Below, piece after piece: positions 10,454 through 20,676 of a stretch of DNA of 34,221 nucleotides. The stretch lies in contig JAEOTA010000011.1 of assembly GCA_016840085.1 (NCBI GenBank), positions 1-34,221 on the forward strand. The letters run 5' to 3'. The notes beneath the pieces were generated by a model. The model was not told the DNA's origin. It made no database searches and saw only the letters and a list, made by a program, of their open reading frames with translations. Each line of letters starts with the position of its first letter. Position 1 is the stretch's first letter. The DNA is from Promethearchaeota archaeon. GTDB lineage: Archaea > Asgardarchaeota > Lokiarchaeia > Sigyniarchaeales > SOKP01. The position numbers and the translations under genes were made by a program.

Positions 10454-10641
10454 TGTCCAATAGTGGACATTTTAGATAATCCATTTTTTCAGTATGTATA
10501 AAATCAGAGGAAATTGAAAATTAACAATGCTGTATTTTTATCCAATATGGATAATTTGGGATCTTTTTGAATTTAAATGATTTTATAATAAGAGAAAATA
10601 TGAAAATGACAATACTTATTTTTAAGTATCAATACTTATTT
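10454..10641. promoter_or_regulatory. Cluster of short palindromes and direct repeats, candidate operator sites
   Basis: TGTCCA-atag-TGGACA (10454-10469), TTATCCA-ata-TGGATAA (10538-10554), and CAATACTTATTT twice (10610-10621, 10630-10641), in the divergent intergenic region. Confidence 0.35.
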
Positions 10642-10700
10642 GCGGGATTTTTTCTATTGAATAATCAAATAATATTAGAAAAATAGGAAAAAGTAAGGAT

Positions 10701-10839
10701 AACGGTTAGTGTTTCTTATCCATAGAATTTTGCATAACTCTCTAATAAAATTAGAATTTTATCTTCTGGAGAAGAAATTTGAAGTAGACTAAATCTATTA
10801 AAAATAATAGAACTGTTGAATATACGTGAAATAACTGAA
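10701..10839. repeat. Dispersed motif copy: AACGGTTA ... ATACGTGAAATAACTGAA
   Basis: 10822-10839 matches 15869-15886 at 17 of 18 positions. AACGGTTA at 10701 mirrors the arrangement at 15739. Confidence 0.6.
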
Positions 10840-10890
10840 AGTTAAAATAAATTTAGCTTCAAATTAGTCTTAAAATTATAGAATAAATTT

Positions 10891-11068
10891 TTAATTAATT
10901 ACTCCTTTTTGAGTAATATTTTTCGCCAATTCTTCAACTTGATTTGATAGAGAAAGATTGAAAAGGATTCACTTTTTATGCTCATTTCTTTTTAAGATTT
11001 TTATTAGGAATTTTCTCAATCTCAGCAATAGTAAGATTTGAGTTATAAATCTCAAAATTTTCAATCAA
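10891..11068 (-). pseudogene. Degraded PIN-domain (VapC-like) gene remnant
   Basis: Joining frames on the minus strand gives ENFEIYNSNLTIAEIEKIPNKNLKK/EMSIKSESFSI/SLSNQVEELAKNITQKGVI, resembling the middle of a PIN toxin. Interrupted by frameshifts and a stop. Confidence 0.4.
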
Positions 11069-11335
11069 TACATTCAAATTTGATATAATTTATCCTATTA
11101 GTTAATATTTAAATTCAAAAAGTTCTATTAAACAGTTAGACATTTTTATAATAAATCTAAAAATCTAAGAAACGTTTTATTTACCATTACAATGTACTTA
11201 GGAGCAGTAGGAATTATAATAATTGTTAATATAAACAATCCATCAAAACTGGTGGAAAATGTAATTATATTTATGATGTAGAATTTTCTAATAAATTACT
11301 TTAATTTAATTTAGGAAGAGAAGGGCAGTAAAATA

Positions 11336-14251
11336 ATGAGCGAAGAAGATCTATTTGATAAAATTATTGATGAATTCAATTTACAAAATATCATTTTAGA
11401 TGACAATAAACAAGAAATTATGAATGAATACATCCCTCTTTTAAAAAAAAAAGCCGAGAGTTTTAGTGATTTCAATTTTAAAATGATATTGACCGTAATG
11501 CTTCTATTATTAAATAGAATGAAAGAAATTAGATTTGAAAGCAATCCTCCAGTTGTGGTTTTAACAGCATCAGTATTATGGCATAATGCAATAAACAGAC
11601 CTAACGATAGAGAATATATTTTACAAGATGAAATTGAAAAAAGATTTGATGCTAGTATAAATGCAGAAAGATTTTTAAGAAGAGAACTAGGAATCAATAA
11701 AAGAGTTTATTCAGATCTAGAAAGTTTAATAGAAGATTTAAACAAAGGATCAAACATAATACTCGGAAACTTATTCACATCTCAAAATTTTAGAAAATGG
11801 GATGAAATTAGAAATTTTTTAATTGAAAAAGTTTTTAAAAGAGAAAATTTTAATCAATGCGCATTAGAGGCAGCTATATTTTTGTATTTAAATAGGGAAA
11901 GAACTTACACGAAATCCGAGATATGGAATGCTACTAAACATGACATTTTACTTGAAGGTGATACTCCAGAAGCCACTTTTAATTCTGATTTAAGTAGATA
12001 TACAATAAACTCTGATGTCAAAAGTAAGAGAAAACCATTATTGTTCGAAATAGTAAACCCAGATGAACAACCACATAAAATTGTTATATTAGATAATATT
12101 TTTGAAGAAATTAATAGATTTTTAATGGATATTGCTGAATTAATTAAACCATTTGTTGAATTTTCAAAATTACTAGAAGAAACTGATGAAAATGTAAGAC
12201 AGATATGTAATATTATTAGGGAAAGTGAAAGAGAATATATTAATGCATATTATAATAATTTTTTTCAAGTTAGAATCCCTTTAGAAAAAAATATATCACC
12301 TTTTTTTAGAATTTTAACTATTAATAAAATTTGTAAAAGTAATAGAAGAAATAATCCTTTTAATAGTCTAGCTGATTTTATAAATTATGTAGATGAATTT
12401 AAGGATAAATTAAAGGATGATAGTTTTCCAGATAATTTTATTGATGATATTCTTGAACTTAATGACATTGAACCCATTATTTATGAAGGAAAGGAGTATC
12501 ATTTCAATTTGGATTTTGTAAGAAAATTTGTTAAGGTCACCGAATCAGTTGATAGACAATTCCAAAATTATGGTGGTTTTAATTTTTTTAGACACTTTAT
12601 AATTTATTATACACCTCAAGGAATTAAGTTAAAGGAGGCTCATTCTAATTTATGGAATATGATATTTAATCCCATTATTAAATTATTGAATTTAGAGAGT
12701 GAAGAATATTTCGTCGATCACGGCAGATTTTTCATGCCGAAAGGTGTTTATGAAGATGACAGGACATGGGGTGCATTATTAAAGTCAAATATTGGAAACT
12801 TGGAAATAGAAGAACACCGAACAAGATCACTTCAATTATATATTGGTATAAATCCTAAAGGTTTGGAAATTGGAACAAATTTAGGAAGTAATGCAGATAT
12901 TGCATTAAAAACATTTTTAGAAGAGAATGCCATTGAGAATAAAGATAAATTAATTAATCTTTTTAAAGAATTTAAAGTAAAATATCAAGATAATATAAGA
13001 ATAATAAGTTCAGAGAGGGATGTGGAGAAGTTAATCAATCTAGACCAATCTTTAGAGGATGATTCTTTTAAAGAAGAGATTTTCGATTACTTTAAAAGGC
13101 AATTTTCTATAATTTATGGTGAATTTCAAGGAGATCAAACACAATTTAATTATATAGTTAAAGATCTTTTCGAAGTATATAAAATTTTAATTGGAGAGTC
13201 GGAGATCGAACCACTTCCTCCAATTTCTCCATTAAAAGAATTAATTACAAATAATGTTCAAACTACTAATTTTCTGTCAGCGAAAGATGATATTGTTAAA
13301 TATCTTAATAAAGAATTTGTTGGAATAGATTTAAACAATATTGTTGAAAAAATATTAAATCTTTTAGAGTCTGAAAAAAATATTATACTTTATGGAGCAC
13401 CAGGTACTGGTAAGACAGTCATTTTGGAAGATATTTTTAAAATACTTAAAGAAAAATTTGATGTTATTGAGGACATTCTATCAACTACAGCAACTTCTGA
13501 TTGGACTTTATTTGAGACTATAGGTGGACTTGTTCCAGAAGCAAAGAAATTGAATTTTAGACCTGGTCTATTTCTCAGATGCTTTAGAAAACCAGGAACT
13601 AAAATAAGTAATAATTGGTTAATAGTTGATGAATTAAATCGAGCAAATATAGATAAAGCATTTGGTTATTTTTTCACTTCATTAAGTGATGAGTCTGTAG
13701 AACTTCCATTTAAAAATCTTGATGACCAAACAATAAGACTTGTACCAATAAAAAAATATATGCATGAGGGAAAAAACATAGATGAAATATTTGATCTTAT
13801 CAATTCCGGTACTCGTGGGTTTGATACATATTATATATCACCTAATTGGAGAATGGGTGGAACTATAAATTCTTCTGACAAAGCTTCATTACACCAACTT
13901 TCACACGCATTTATTCGAAGATTTGGTTTTGTCAACATTCCATCTCCAGATATCGAAAAATTTATGAAAGATTTTAAAAATTTTGAGTCATCAGAAAAAA
14001 AACAAAATGATTTAAAAAAAGTATGGGAGATAATTCAAGAAATTTATGAAATTGGACCTGCAATTATAATAGATATGGATAAACTTCTAAAATCAGATAA
14101 TTTAGATATATTTGACGCCTTTGAGGCTTATATTTTACCCCAAATTGACACACTTCCTGATGATATCATTAACAATCTAATGGAAAAATTAATTAAGGAA
14201 TTTGGAGAAGAAAGAGGAAAGAGATTTTCTGAATATAAAGTAATACTTTAA
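11336..14251 (+). CDS. mcrB: McrB-family AAA+ GTPase with long multidomain N-terminus including a HARE-HTH
   Basis: Walker A LYGAPGTGKT, Walker B WLIVDELNRANIDKAFG, McrB NxxD signature GTINSSD, and AFIRRF. ALEAAIFLYL..YTKSEIW..LEGDTPEATFNSDL matches HARE-HTH. Confidence 0.88.
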   Translation: MSEEDLFDKIIDEFNLQNIILDDNKQEIMNEYIPLLKKKAESFSDFNFKMILTVMLLLLNRMKEIRFESNPPVVVLTASVLWHNAINRPNDREYILQDEIEKRFDASINAERFLRRELGINKRVYSDLESLIEDLNKGSNIILGNLFTSQNFRKWDEIRNFLIEKVFKRENFNQCALEAAIFLYLNRERTYTKSEIWNATKHDILLEGDTPEATFNSDLSRYTINSDVKSKRKPLLFEIVNPDEQPHKIVILDNIFEEINRFLMDIAELIKPFVEFSKLLEETDENVRQICNIIRESEREYINAYYNNFFQVRIPLEKNISPFFRILTINKICKSNRRNNPFNSLADFINYVDEFKDKLKDDSFPDNFIDDILELNDIEPIIYEGKEYHFNLDFVRKFVKVTESVDRQFQNYGGFNFFRHFIIYYTPQGIKLKEAHSNLWNMIFNPIIKLLNLESEEYFVDHGRFFMPKGVYEDDRTWGALLKSNIGNLEIEEHRTRSLQLYIGINPKGLEIGTNLGSNADIALKTFLEENAIENKDKLINLFKEFKVKYQDNIRIISSERDVEKLINLDQSLEDDSFKEEIFDYFKRQFSIIYGEFQGDQTQFNYIVKDLFEVYKILIGESEIEPLPPISPLKELITNNVQTTNFLSAKDDIVKYLNKEFVGIDLNNIVEKILNLLESEKNIILYGAPGTGKTVILEDIFKILKEKFDVIEDILSTTATSDWTLFETIGGLVPEAKKLNFRPGLFLRCFRKPGTKISNNWLIVDELNRANIDKAFGYFFTSLSDESVELPFKNLDDQTIRLVPIKKYMHEGKNIDEIFDLINSGTRGFDTYYISPNWRMGGTINSSDKASLHQLSHAFIRRFGFVNIPSPDIEKFMKDFKNFESSEKKQNDLKKVWEIIQEIYEIGPAIIIDMDKLLKSDNLDIFDAFEAYILPQIDTLPDDIINNLMEKLIKEFGEERGKRFSEYKVIL

Positions 14252-14276
14252 CTTTTTTTATTAATTTAATTATGGT

Positions 14277-15701
14277 TTGGTTATCAATTTGACTGAAATT
14301 TCAAAATATGATAGGTTGTTATGGAGCCCAAATAAAGAACAACTAAGAAAATTAGGATTTAAACTTGAGACTGAATTAGAATGGTTTGAAGAAGATACAT
14401 TGGGATATTTGATTACTTATTTCCAAACAGGCTATTTTGTTTTTATAAATGAAATTTTCGATAAGATTAAAATTGATATAGATAATATACCAACGAGAAC
14501 AAAGGATGAATTTTTTCAGTTATCCTTTTTGAAATTTATATCTCAACAAATTTCTGAATTTAAAAAATTCTTATATAATTGGATTCAAAAGATTAAAATA
14601 ACGTCAGTTGATAACCCTTTAATATTGAATAATCAAATTGAAGGTAAAATATTATGGAAGGATACATTTAGAGAAAGAAACTATTTACCTTATCCCAAAA
14701 GCATAAAATTTGTATGTACTTCATATAAGACCAATTTTGATTCATTAGAAAATATAATTTTAAAATCTTTTCTAAATTTTTTAAAAAATATTATAGAAAC
14801 TCACCTAAATTATCTTAAAGTAGAAAAAGAAAAAAAAAAAGAAGATTGGAGATTCCATGCTATCACTATTTACAATCTTTTGAAAAGAATATTAACTAAT
14901 TATTATATGCGAGAAATTACTTTAAAGAAAAATGAATGGAAAAATAAATATTCCCTAAATAGAACACTTAGATCTTGCCACAAAAATAATTTATTAATTT
15001 TATTAATTGCTAACCTCTACATCGATTTGAGATCCTCAAAAAATAGAAATTTACTTGAAAAATTTTTAATGAATAATATAATTAAGCCTAACCAAGATAA
15101 AACTGCTGAATTATTTGTTTTATTTACAATTATTCAAAAATTATCTTCCCAAAAAGAGGGATATGAAGAGTATTTATTGATTAAACCAAGAAAGGATATT
15201 GTGAAACAGTTCTCGCAACCTGTTTATACAAAAATTTATGATGATGATATTAAAATCAATCTATATTATCAAATCACGCCTAATTGGATCTCCATTAAAT
15301 ATCCTGATGTTTCCTTATTTAGTATAACTTTAAAACAATACAAACTAAAGAATATTGAAATGCACCCTGATATCACAATCGAGGTTTCAAAAGGGCATAA
15401 AAAAAAGATTATTTTTTTGGAAGTAAAAAATTCTAAGAAATCTGATTATCTACGTCAAGGTTTGATGCAAATATGTAATTATTACGAATTTTTAAAAATT
15501 ACTGAAGAAAGTATAATCGAAAATACCTCAGATTTCAAAAAAGAAGGAATATTAATTTCTAAAGGTATTCCTGATGGATGGGAAATAAATACTAATAATA
15601 TGTGGACTAATAATCAAATAAAAATTAAGTATTTAGACTTTCAAGGGCTCAAATCTCTAGATAATCGAATTTTTGTGGCAAAATTATTACATATTTCATA
15701 A
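14277..15701 (+). CDS. McrC-like PD-(D/E)xK nuclease
   Basis: Starts 25 bp after McrB. IEGKILWKDT and FDSLENIILK are McrC/DUF2357-like. C-terminal HPDITIE...IFLEVKNS...GLMQICNY is a nuclease motif. Confidence 0.78.
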   Translation: MVINLTEISKYDRLLWSPNKEQLRKLGFKLETELEWFEEDTLGYLITYFQTGYFVFINEIFDKIKIDIDNIPTRTKDEFFQLSFLKFISQQISEFKKFLYNWIQKIKITSVDNPLILNNQIEGKILWKDTFRERNYLPYPKSIKFVCTSYKTNFDSLENIILKSFLNFLKNIIETHLNYLKVEKEKKKEDWRFHAITIYNLLKRILTNYYMREITLKKNEWKNKYSLNRTLRSCHKNNLLILLIANLYIDLRSSKNRNLLEKFLMNNIIKPNQDKTAELFVLFTIIQKLSSQKEGYEEYLLIKPRKDIVKQFSQPVYTKIYDDDIKINLYYQITPNWISIKYPDVSLFSITLKQYKLKNIEMHPDITIEVSKGHKKKIIFLEVKNSKKSDYLRQGLMQICNYYEFLKITEESIIENTSDFKKEGILISKGIPDGWEINTNNMWTNNQIKIKYLDFQGLKSLDNRIFVAKLLHIS

Positions 15702-15734
15702 ACTCATTTGATTATATAGTTATAAAGATTAATA

Positions 15735-15886
15735 GTGAAACGGTTACAGAACAAAAATTTAACCTCAGAGTGTCTATTTATTAAAAATTAAGAGCTGAGT
15801 TTTTCATAAATTTATAATAAGACCATTACAGTTCAGGAGATAACAACAGTTAGATTAATTTTGTGGAAATACGTGAAATAACCGAA
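15735..15886. repeat. Dispersed motif copy bounded by GTGAAACGGTTA and CGTGAAATAACCG (MITE-like or recombination-site-like)
   Basis: 15735-15746 is identical to 21243-21254. 15872-15884 is the exact reverse complement of 21249-21261. CGGTTA/TAACCG inverted ends span 15741-15884. Confidence 0.65.
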
Positions 15887-16172
15887 TATTATATTTAAAT
15901 GATTACAAAATTATTATAAAACTCCACTTAATTTATTAATTCTTATTGTAAATAAATCTATAAACAGTCTGAATTCATTTACTTAGTATATTAAAATATA
16001 AGTTTAATATTCATATAATACACTCATTTTTGATTTAATTCTAAGTATTAAACTTCTGAAGATAATTATTTTCATTTGTTTGGAGCTAAATTAAAAAACA
16101 ATTATTTTTACCTAAATGTACATTATAATTAAGAAATTTTAAGATAAAATTCAATGAGTTGATATTTGTTTA

Positions 16173-17309
16173 ATGTCAAGAAGTATTATAAAAACTCCTT
16201 TTAAAGAATTACCTGAGGCTCTTGTTGAGGATATGTTAATTCAATGCGATGGAATAAGCAAAAAATTGTCAACGACGTTTCAAAATTTATTAGATCTTAA
16301 AAAAAGAGCAAGGAGGATATTAAAGGATAAAGAATTACTAAAAAATGATTCTAAGATTACATTAACACCATCTCACCCAACAACTTGTGGAGTAGACGGA
16401 GCTTTTGCTATAGAGAAACTGCTCTCTACAGATATAGTTGGTATTGCTGGTGTAGCGGTTGAAGGATTAGCTCCTCCAACTGAAGTTCGATATTGGCCAG
16501 TACCATACCATAACTCTAATGTTCTAACTTTAGCACATAATGATACAACAGGTTTAATTTCAAGAGCAATAATGATGTGCATGGAATTAATTTTGGCGGG
16601 AAATGCACCTCACGATGTAGTGTTTATTGATGGTTCATTAATAACGCCTTTTATAAAATTAAATCAAGCTTTAAATCCTAATATTAAGCCAGTGAAGGAA
16701 ATAATGGATGTATTATTTAGAAAATTAAAACCTGCATTGAATTCGTATGAAAAAATACTTAATTCTAAAAAAACTGACCAAATATTCACTGGTGTGCCAA
16801 AATATACTACTATAAATCAAATTTCGCAAGATATTCTGAATTTAAAGGGATTTGAAGATCGTGGATTACTTTCCTTCATTTTAAAAGCAGGTGAATTCGT
16901 AGGACCGTTTAAAATCAAAAAACCAATATCAAAATGGAGTCTAGAGTACTTACCATCTGATACAATAGAACAATTCAAAAGGATCTTAAATGCATTAAAT
17001 GAGATTAATATGGTTTATTATAGACCTTCTGAATTTTTTCCTGTATTAAGAGTGGAAATTGCTCCATCAATAGCAACGAATAATTATAGGTTAGCAATGT
17101 TATTTGAATCTATAAAATTACAATGTGGTGCTCCCGGGATTATAGAACCTTATCCATTATATTTCGCAGATAGAATAGTTAAACATCTAAGAAAAGCCTT
17201 ACCAGCAATTAGAAGAACAGCGACACAGGATATGACATTAAAGTGGAAAGGAGCAGAAGGAAATATTTATTTTGCCTTACATGGATATCGTACTGATTGG
17301 GGGAAATAA
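16173..17309 (+). CDS. nurA: NurA-family nuclease
   Basis: CGVDGA and VVFIDGSL acidic motifs and the C-terminal EPYPLYFADRIVK motif. Directly upstream of HerA. Confidence 0.85.
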   Translation: MSRSIIKTPFKELPEALVEDMLIQCDGISKKLSTTFQNLLDLKKRARRILKDKELLKNDSKITLTPSHPTTCGVDGAFAIEKLLSTDIVGIAGVAVEGLAPPTEVRYWPVPYHNSNVLTLAHNDTTGLISRAIMMCMELILAGNAPHDVVFIDGSLITPFIKLNQALNPNIKPVKEIMDVLFRKLKPALNSYEKILNSKKTDQIFTGVPKYTTINQISQDILNLKGFEDRGLLSFILKAGEFVGPFKIKKPISKWSLEYLPSDTIEQFKRILNALNEINMVYYRPSEFFPVLRVEIAPSIATNNYRLAMLFESIKLQCGAPGIIEPYPLYFADRIVKHLRKALPAIRRTATQDMTLKWKGAEGNIYFALHGYRTDWGK

Positions 17310-17320
17310 GGTGATTAAAA

Positions 17321-19057
17321 ATTAGTAATGTTGATGAGAAACTAGACAAGGCAGAAAGAATAGGAGTAATTGGTTCTCCCTCTTCGACAGGAGAATTAAC
17401 GATTGATATTATTGGAACTGCGGTTAATAAAAAATTAGTGGGTAAGTTAAGCATCTTTAATTTTATGCAAGATGGAATGGCTCATTATGCTTTAGGACAA
17501 ATATCTGAAATCGTGATGCGAAATATTTGGGCTCAAGATCCAACCATGAGAGGTATAATTAGACAAAAAGGTCGAGTTGACCCAATCACAGAAAGACAAG
17601 ATCTTCATATTGCTAAAATGATGGTGAGTTCTGTTTTTGCAAGCAATGATCAACATCTTGTTCCTAGCATACTAGGTACAGTACCAGCAACAGGAACTTC
17701 CATTAAATTATTTGATGAAGAAATAATGGAGAGTTTATTAGATGATTACCAAGAAGAGTTATTTTATTTAGGGAAAGCTTATGGTTCAAACATAAAACTT
17801 CCAATGTGGTTTAAACATTTCGACATTGGAAAGGATGGTATTGGTGAAGCTTATCATATTGGTATTTTTGGTAAAACAGGTTCTGGTAAATCTGTTCTAG
17901 CTAAAATGATTGTGAGTGGTTATGCGAAACATAAAAATATGTCGATTTTTATTTTGGATCCTCAAGGTGAATTCTCTCTTGAGTTTTCTTCTAATGAAAA
18001 ATTAAAACAAATAATTGAGAAAGAAATAGGTAGAAAAATCAAAATCTATACAATACAAAATTTAGTGCTTGATTATTCCGATAGTTTATTCAAAGATCTT
18101 TTGATAGCCTCAGGTTTCTTTAATAGATTAAAAATCTATTATGATGAACATTGGCCTCGTTTTGTAGATGAAATCATTCGAATTCTTAATACTAAGACCA
18201 AGATTTTTGATGGATTTAAACCTTGGGAATATTATAAGAAAGAAGCATTTAAAATAATATGGAATTTAATCCCTGATGACCAATTCTTACAAAGAGTTAT
18301 CTTTACTAAAGAACCAAGAGAAAGAGTCAAGAGTGTATGGCTATCACTAAATGAAGACCTTATGTATGATTTATGGGCAGGAATTACAAATTTGTTTAGC
18401 TATAAAAGAGCTAAAGAAAGTGTTAGATTAACAACTTTATTTGAAAAAGCATCAGAAGGAAATCCTTTGGTTATAATAGATTTATCCTCTAGAGAAAAAC
18501 CTAAAGATATTATATGGAATGATGACATTCAATTAATTGCGATTCAACAATTTCTTAGTAAAATTACGATACAAGCAGAAAATAAATTTAAACAAGGGGG
18601 CAATGTAAACTCTTTAGTTGTAGTTGATGAGGCACATAGATTAGCTCCAAGAGGAAGAATAGAAAATGAGAATATAACCAGAATTAGAACAACCTTTATT
18701 GATGCAATTAGGACCACTCGAAAATTTGGCCTTGGATGGATGTTTATTAGTCAGACGCTTTCAAGTATTCATCATGAAATTATCAATCAAATAAGGGTCT
18801 TTACTTTTGGGTTTGGTCTTGGTTGGGGTACTGAATTACGCGCCCTTCAGGAAATTATAGGAGGAAATAGAGAAGCAATAAGGTTATATCAAAACTTTAA
18901 AGATCCTCAAAGTGGTTTAGGACAAAGAGAATACCCTTTTATGACAATTGGTCCGATTTCTCCTCTTTCATTTTCTGGCACTCCACTTTTTTTCAATGCA
19001 CTTAATTATCCCGAGGAATTTCTACAAATTAATTTTGCTAAGGATGAACAAACTTGA
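17321..19057 (+). CDS. herA: HerA/FtsK-family ATPase (DUF87) with HAS-barrel, probable ATT start
   Basis: HIGIFGKTGSGKS, ILDPQGEF, VVVDEAHRLAP and TRKFGLGWMFISQ motifs. The frame is open upstream of 17438 to ATT 17321 (ISNVDEKLDKAERIGVIGSPSSTGELTIDII, first HAS-barrel strand), with RBS AGGTGA at 17309-17314. Confidence 0.9.
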   Translation: MSNVDEKLDKAERIGVIGSPSSTGELTIDIIGTAVNKKLVGKLSIFNFMQDGMAHYALGQISEIVMRNIWAQDPTMRGIIRQKGRVDPITERQDLHIAKMMVSSVFASNDQHLVPSILGTVPATGTSIKLFDEEIMESLLDDYQEELFYLGKAYGSNIKLPMWFKHFDIGKDGIGEAYHIGIFGKTGSGKSVLAKMIVSGYAKHKNMSIFILDPQGEFSLEFSSNEKLKQIIEKEIGRKIKIYTIQNLVLDYSDSLFKDLLIASGFFNRLKIYYDEHWPRFVDEIIRILNTKTKIFDGFKPWEYYKKEAFKIIWNLIPDDQFLQRVIFTKEPRERVKSVWLSLNEDLMYDLWAGITNLFSYKRAKESVRLTTLFEKASEGNPLVIIDLSSREKPKDIIWNDDIQLIAIQQFLSKITIQAENKFKQGGNVNSLVVVDEAHRLAPRGRIENENITRIRTTFIDAIRTTRKFGLGWMFISQTLSSIHHEIINQIRVFTFGFGLGWGTELRALQEIIGGNREAIRLYQNFKDPQSGLGQREYPFMTIGPISPLSFSGTPLFFNALNYPEEFLQINFAKDEQT

Positions 19058-19130
19058 GATAGTGAATAAAGTTATTCTTAAAAATAACTACTTATTAAAC
19101 TTAATTAATTCAATTTTATTGGGATAAAAT

Positions 19131-20048
19131 ATGGGTGTTGTAATTAGTTTTATTAATTTGAAAGGAGGCGTTGGTAAAACCACATGTTGTGCTAATGTTG
19201 CGGGTGAATTAGCGAGAGAGAATCGAAAAGTATTAGTAATTGATGCGGATCCACAAGCGAATATCTCAACTTTATTAATGGGAATAAAGAAATATCATGA
19301 AAAATTCAATCCAAACAATCAATCTGATGATTATTATAAAGATAGTATATATCAAATCTTTTTGGATGCTATGGAAGAAAATGAAGAAAATAAGAAGTTT
19401 AATTTTGACACAGCAATAATTAAATCAGTAGTTAGTAAAACAGTTCAAGGAACGGAAACCCATCCATTAACTCATCTTGATTTACTCCCAGCTACGCATC
19501 ATTTAATGCAATTAGAACAGAAGATTGTAAATTATGTTAGATCTAGATTTGCTATTCTTGAAAGATTTATAAACCTGATAAAAAATGAATATGATTTTAT
19601 ATTGATTGATTGTCCTCCCAATATTTATACTACAACTCATAACTCCTTATATGCCTCAGATTATTACATAATTCCTACAATACCAGATTACCTTTCGATT
19701 AGTGGATTTCCTCTCCTTATTAATTCTCTTAATCGGACTATTGATATAAAAAAGGAAGAAAAAAATGAACGGGTAATTTTAGCAGGTGTTTTAGTTAATT
19801 TAATGGATATGAGAATTAATGTTCATAAAGACGGATTAGAATCAATTAAACGAGTATTGAGATATTTCCGACAAAATGGATTAGTTGATGAAAATGCTGT
19901 TGTATTTGAGAGTGTTATAACTAATAAAGTAGATGTAAAAAATGCTTCTGGAAATCATTTACCAGTTTGTGTTGATAAACCTCGGTCAAATTCTACTATG
20001 GAATATATGAAATTGTGTAAAGAAATTTTAGAAAGGATTTCAAAATAA
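19131..20048 (+). CDS. parA: ParA/Soj-family ATPase
   Basis: Deviant Walker A NLKGGVGKTT, VLVIDADPQAN and YDFILIDCPP. Confidence 0.92.
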   Translation: MGVVISFINLKGGVGKTTCCANVAGELARENRKVLVIDADPQANISTLLMGIKKYHEKFNPNNQSDDYYKDSIYQIFLDAMEENEENKKFNFDTAIIKSVVSKTVQGTETHPLTHLDLLPATHHLMQLEQKIVNYVRSRFAILERFINLIKNEYDFILIDCPPNIYTTTHNSLYASDYYIIPTIPDYLSISGFPLLINSLNRTIDIKKEEKNERVILAGVLVNLMDMRINVHKDGLESIKRVLRYFRQNGLVDENAVVFESVITNKVDVKNASGNHLPVCVDKPRSNSTMEYMKLCKEILERISK

Positions 20049-20062
20049 CGGAGGTTTTTACT

Positions 20063-20671
20063 ATAGAAAAATCTATTTTCTCATTATTGAATGAAATCAA
20101 ATTAAAAATCCAGTCTAATCTTAACAATTATGATCTTAAACAAATCAATGAATTATTAATAAATTTAGATCAAGAAATAGAGTTATGTGTAAAAATAAAT
20201 GAAGATCTATTAAGATTTTTTAATAAAAAATCAAATTTTAGAACAATAGCTAATCTAAAAGGTTTCTCTACTAACAAACTAAACTATAAAATAAAAAGTA
20301 CTAAACGAGTCGATATAGAAGAAGAATTGGCAAAAATCTCTACGACAAGAAATATCAGCGGTGAAAAATTAAGAACTTTATTAGGGAAACCAAAAATAGA
20401 AGCACAGCAACCTGTTAAGAAAAAAGCACCAAAAAAACCTAGCTCCATAAAAGTTAATGATCAAACTTCGCGATGGTTAAGTCTAATCCCTACCCAGTTG
20501 AAAGATGAGTTAAACGATTTAAACAGATATCCTGATGCTCGAACTTTAAAACAAGCAGCCTACTCTATCCTTAAATCTAATGAAAAAAGGTTTAGAATAC
20601 GTGAGAAAATTATTAATATAATATTAGAACGTATTTCTGAGGAAAAAGCAATAGCAAATTTAGGAAGGTAA
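20063..20671 (+). CDS. Basic hypothetical protein, candidate ParA partner with possible C-terminal HeH/Rho-N-like DNA-binding module
   Basis: Follows parA closely. RBS GGAGGT (20050-20055) sits 7 nt before an in-frame ATA at 20063 (track start TTG 20087). Lys/Pro linker precedes TLKQAAYSIL...REKIINIILERI. Confidence 0.5.
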   Translation: MEKSIFSLLNEIKLKIQSNLNNYDLKQINELLINLDQEIELCVKINEDLLRFFNKKSNFRTIANLKGFSTNKLNYKIKSTKRVDIEEELAKISTTRNISGEKLRTLLGKPKIEAQQPVKKKAPKKPSSIKVNDQTSRWLSLIPTQLKDELNDLNRYPDARTLKQAAYSILKSNEKRFRIREKIINIILERISEEKAIANLGR

Positions 20672-20676
20672 TTATA

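Noticed and set aside
11311-17454. Minus-strand ORFs 11311..11697, 16373..16582 and 17209..17454
   Set aside because: Antisense shadows of McrB, NurA and the HerA N-terminus.
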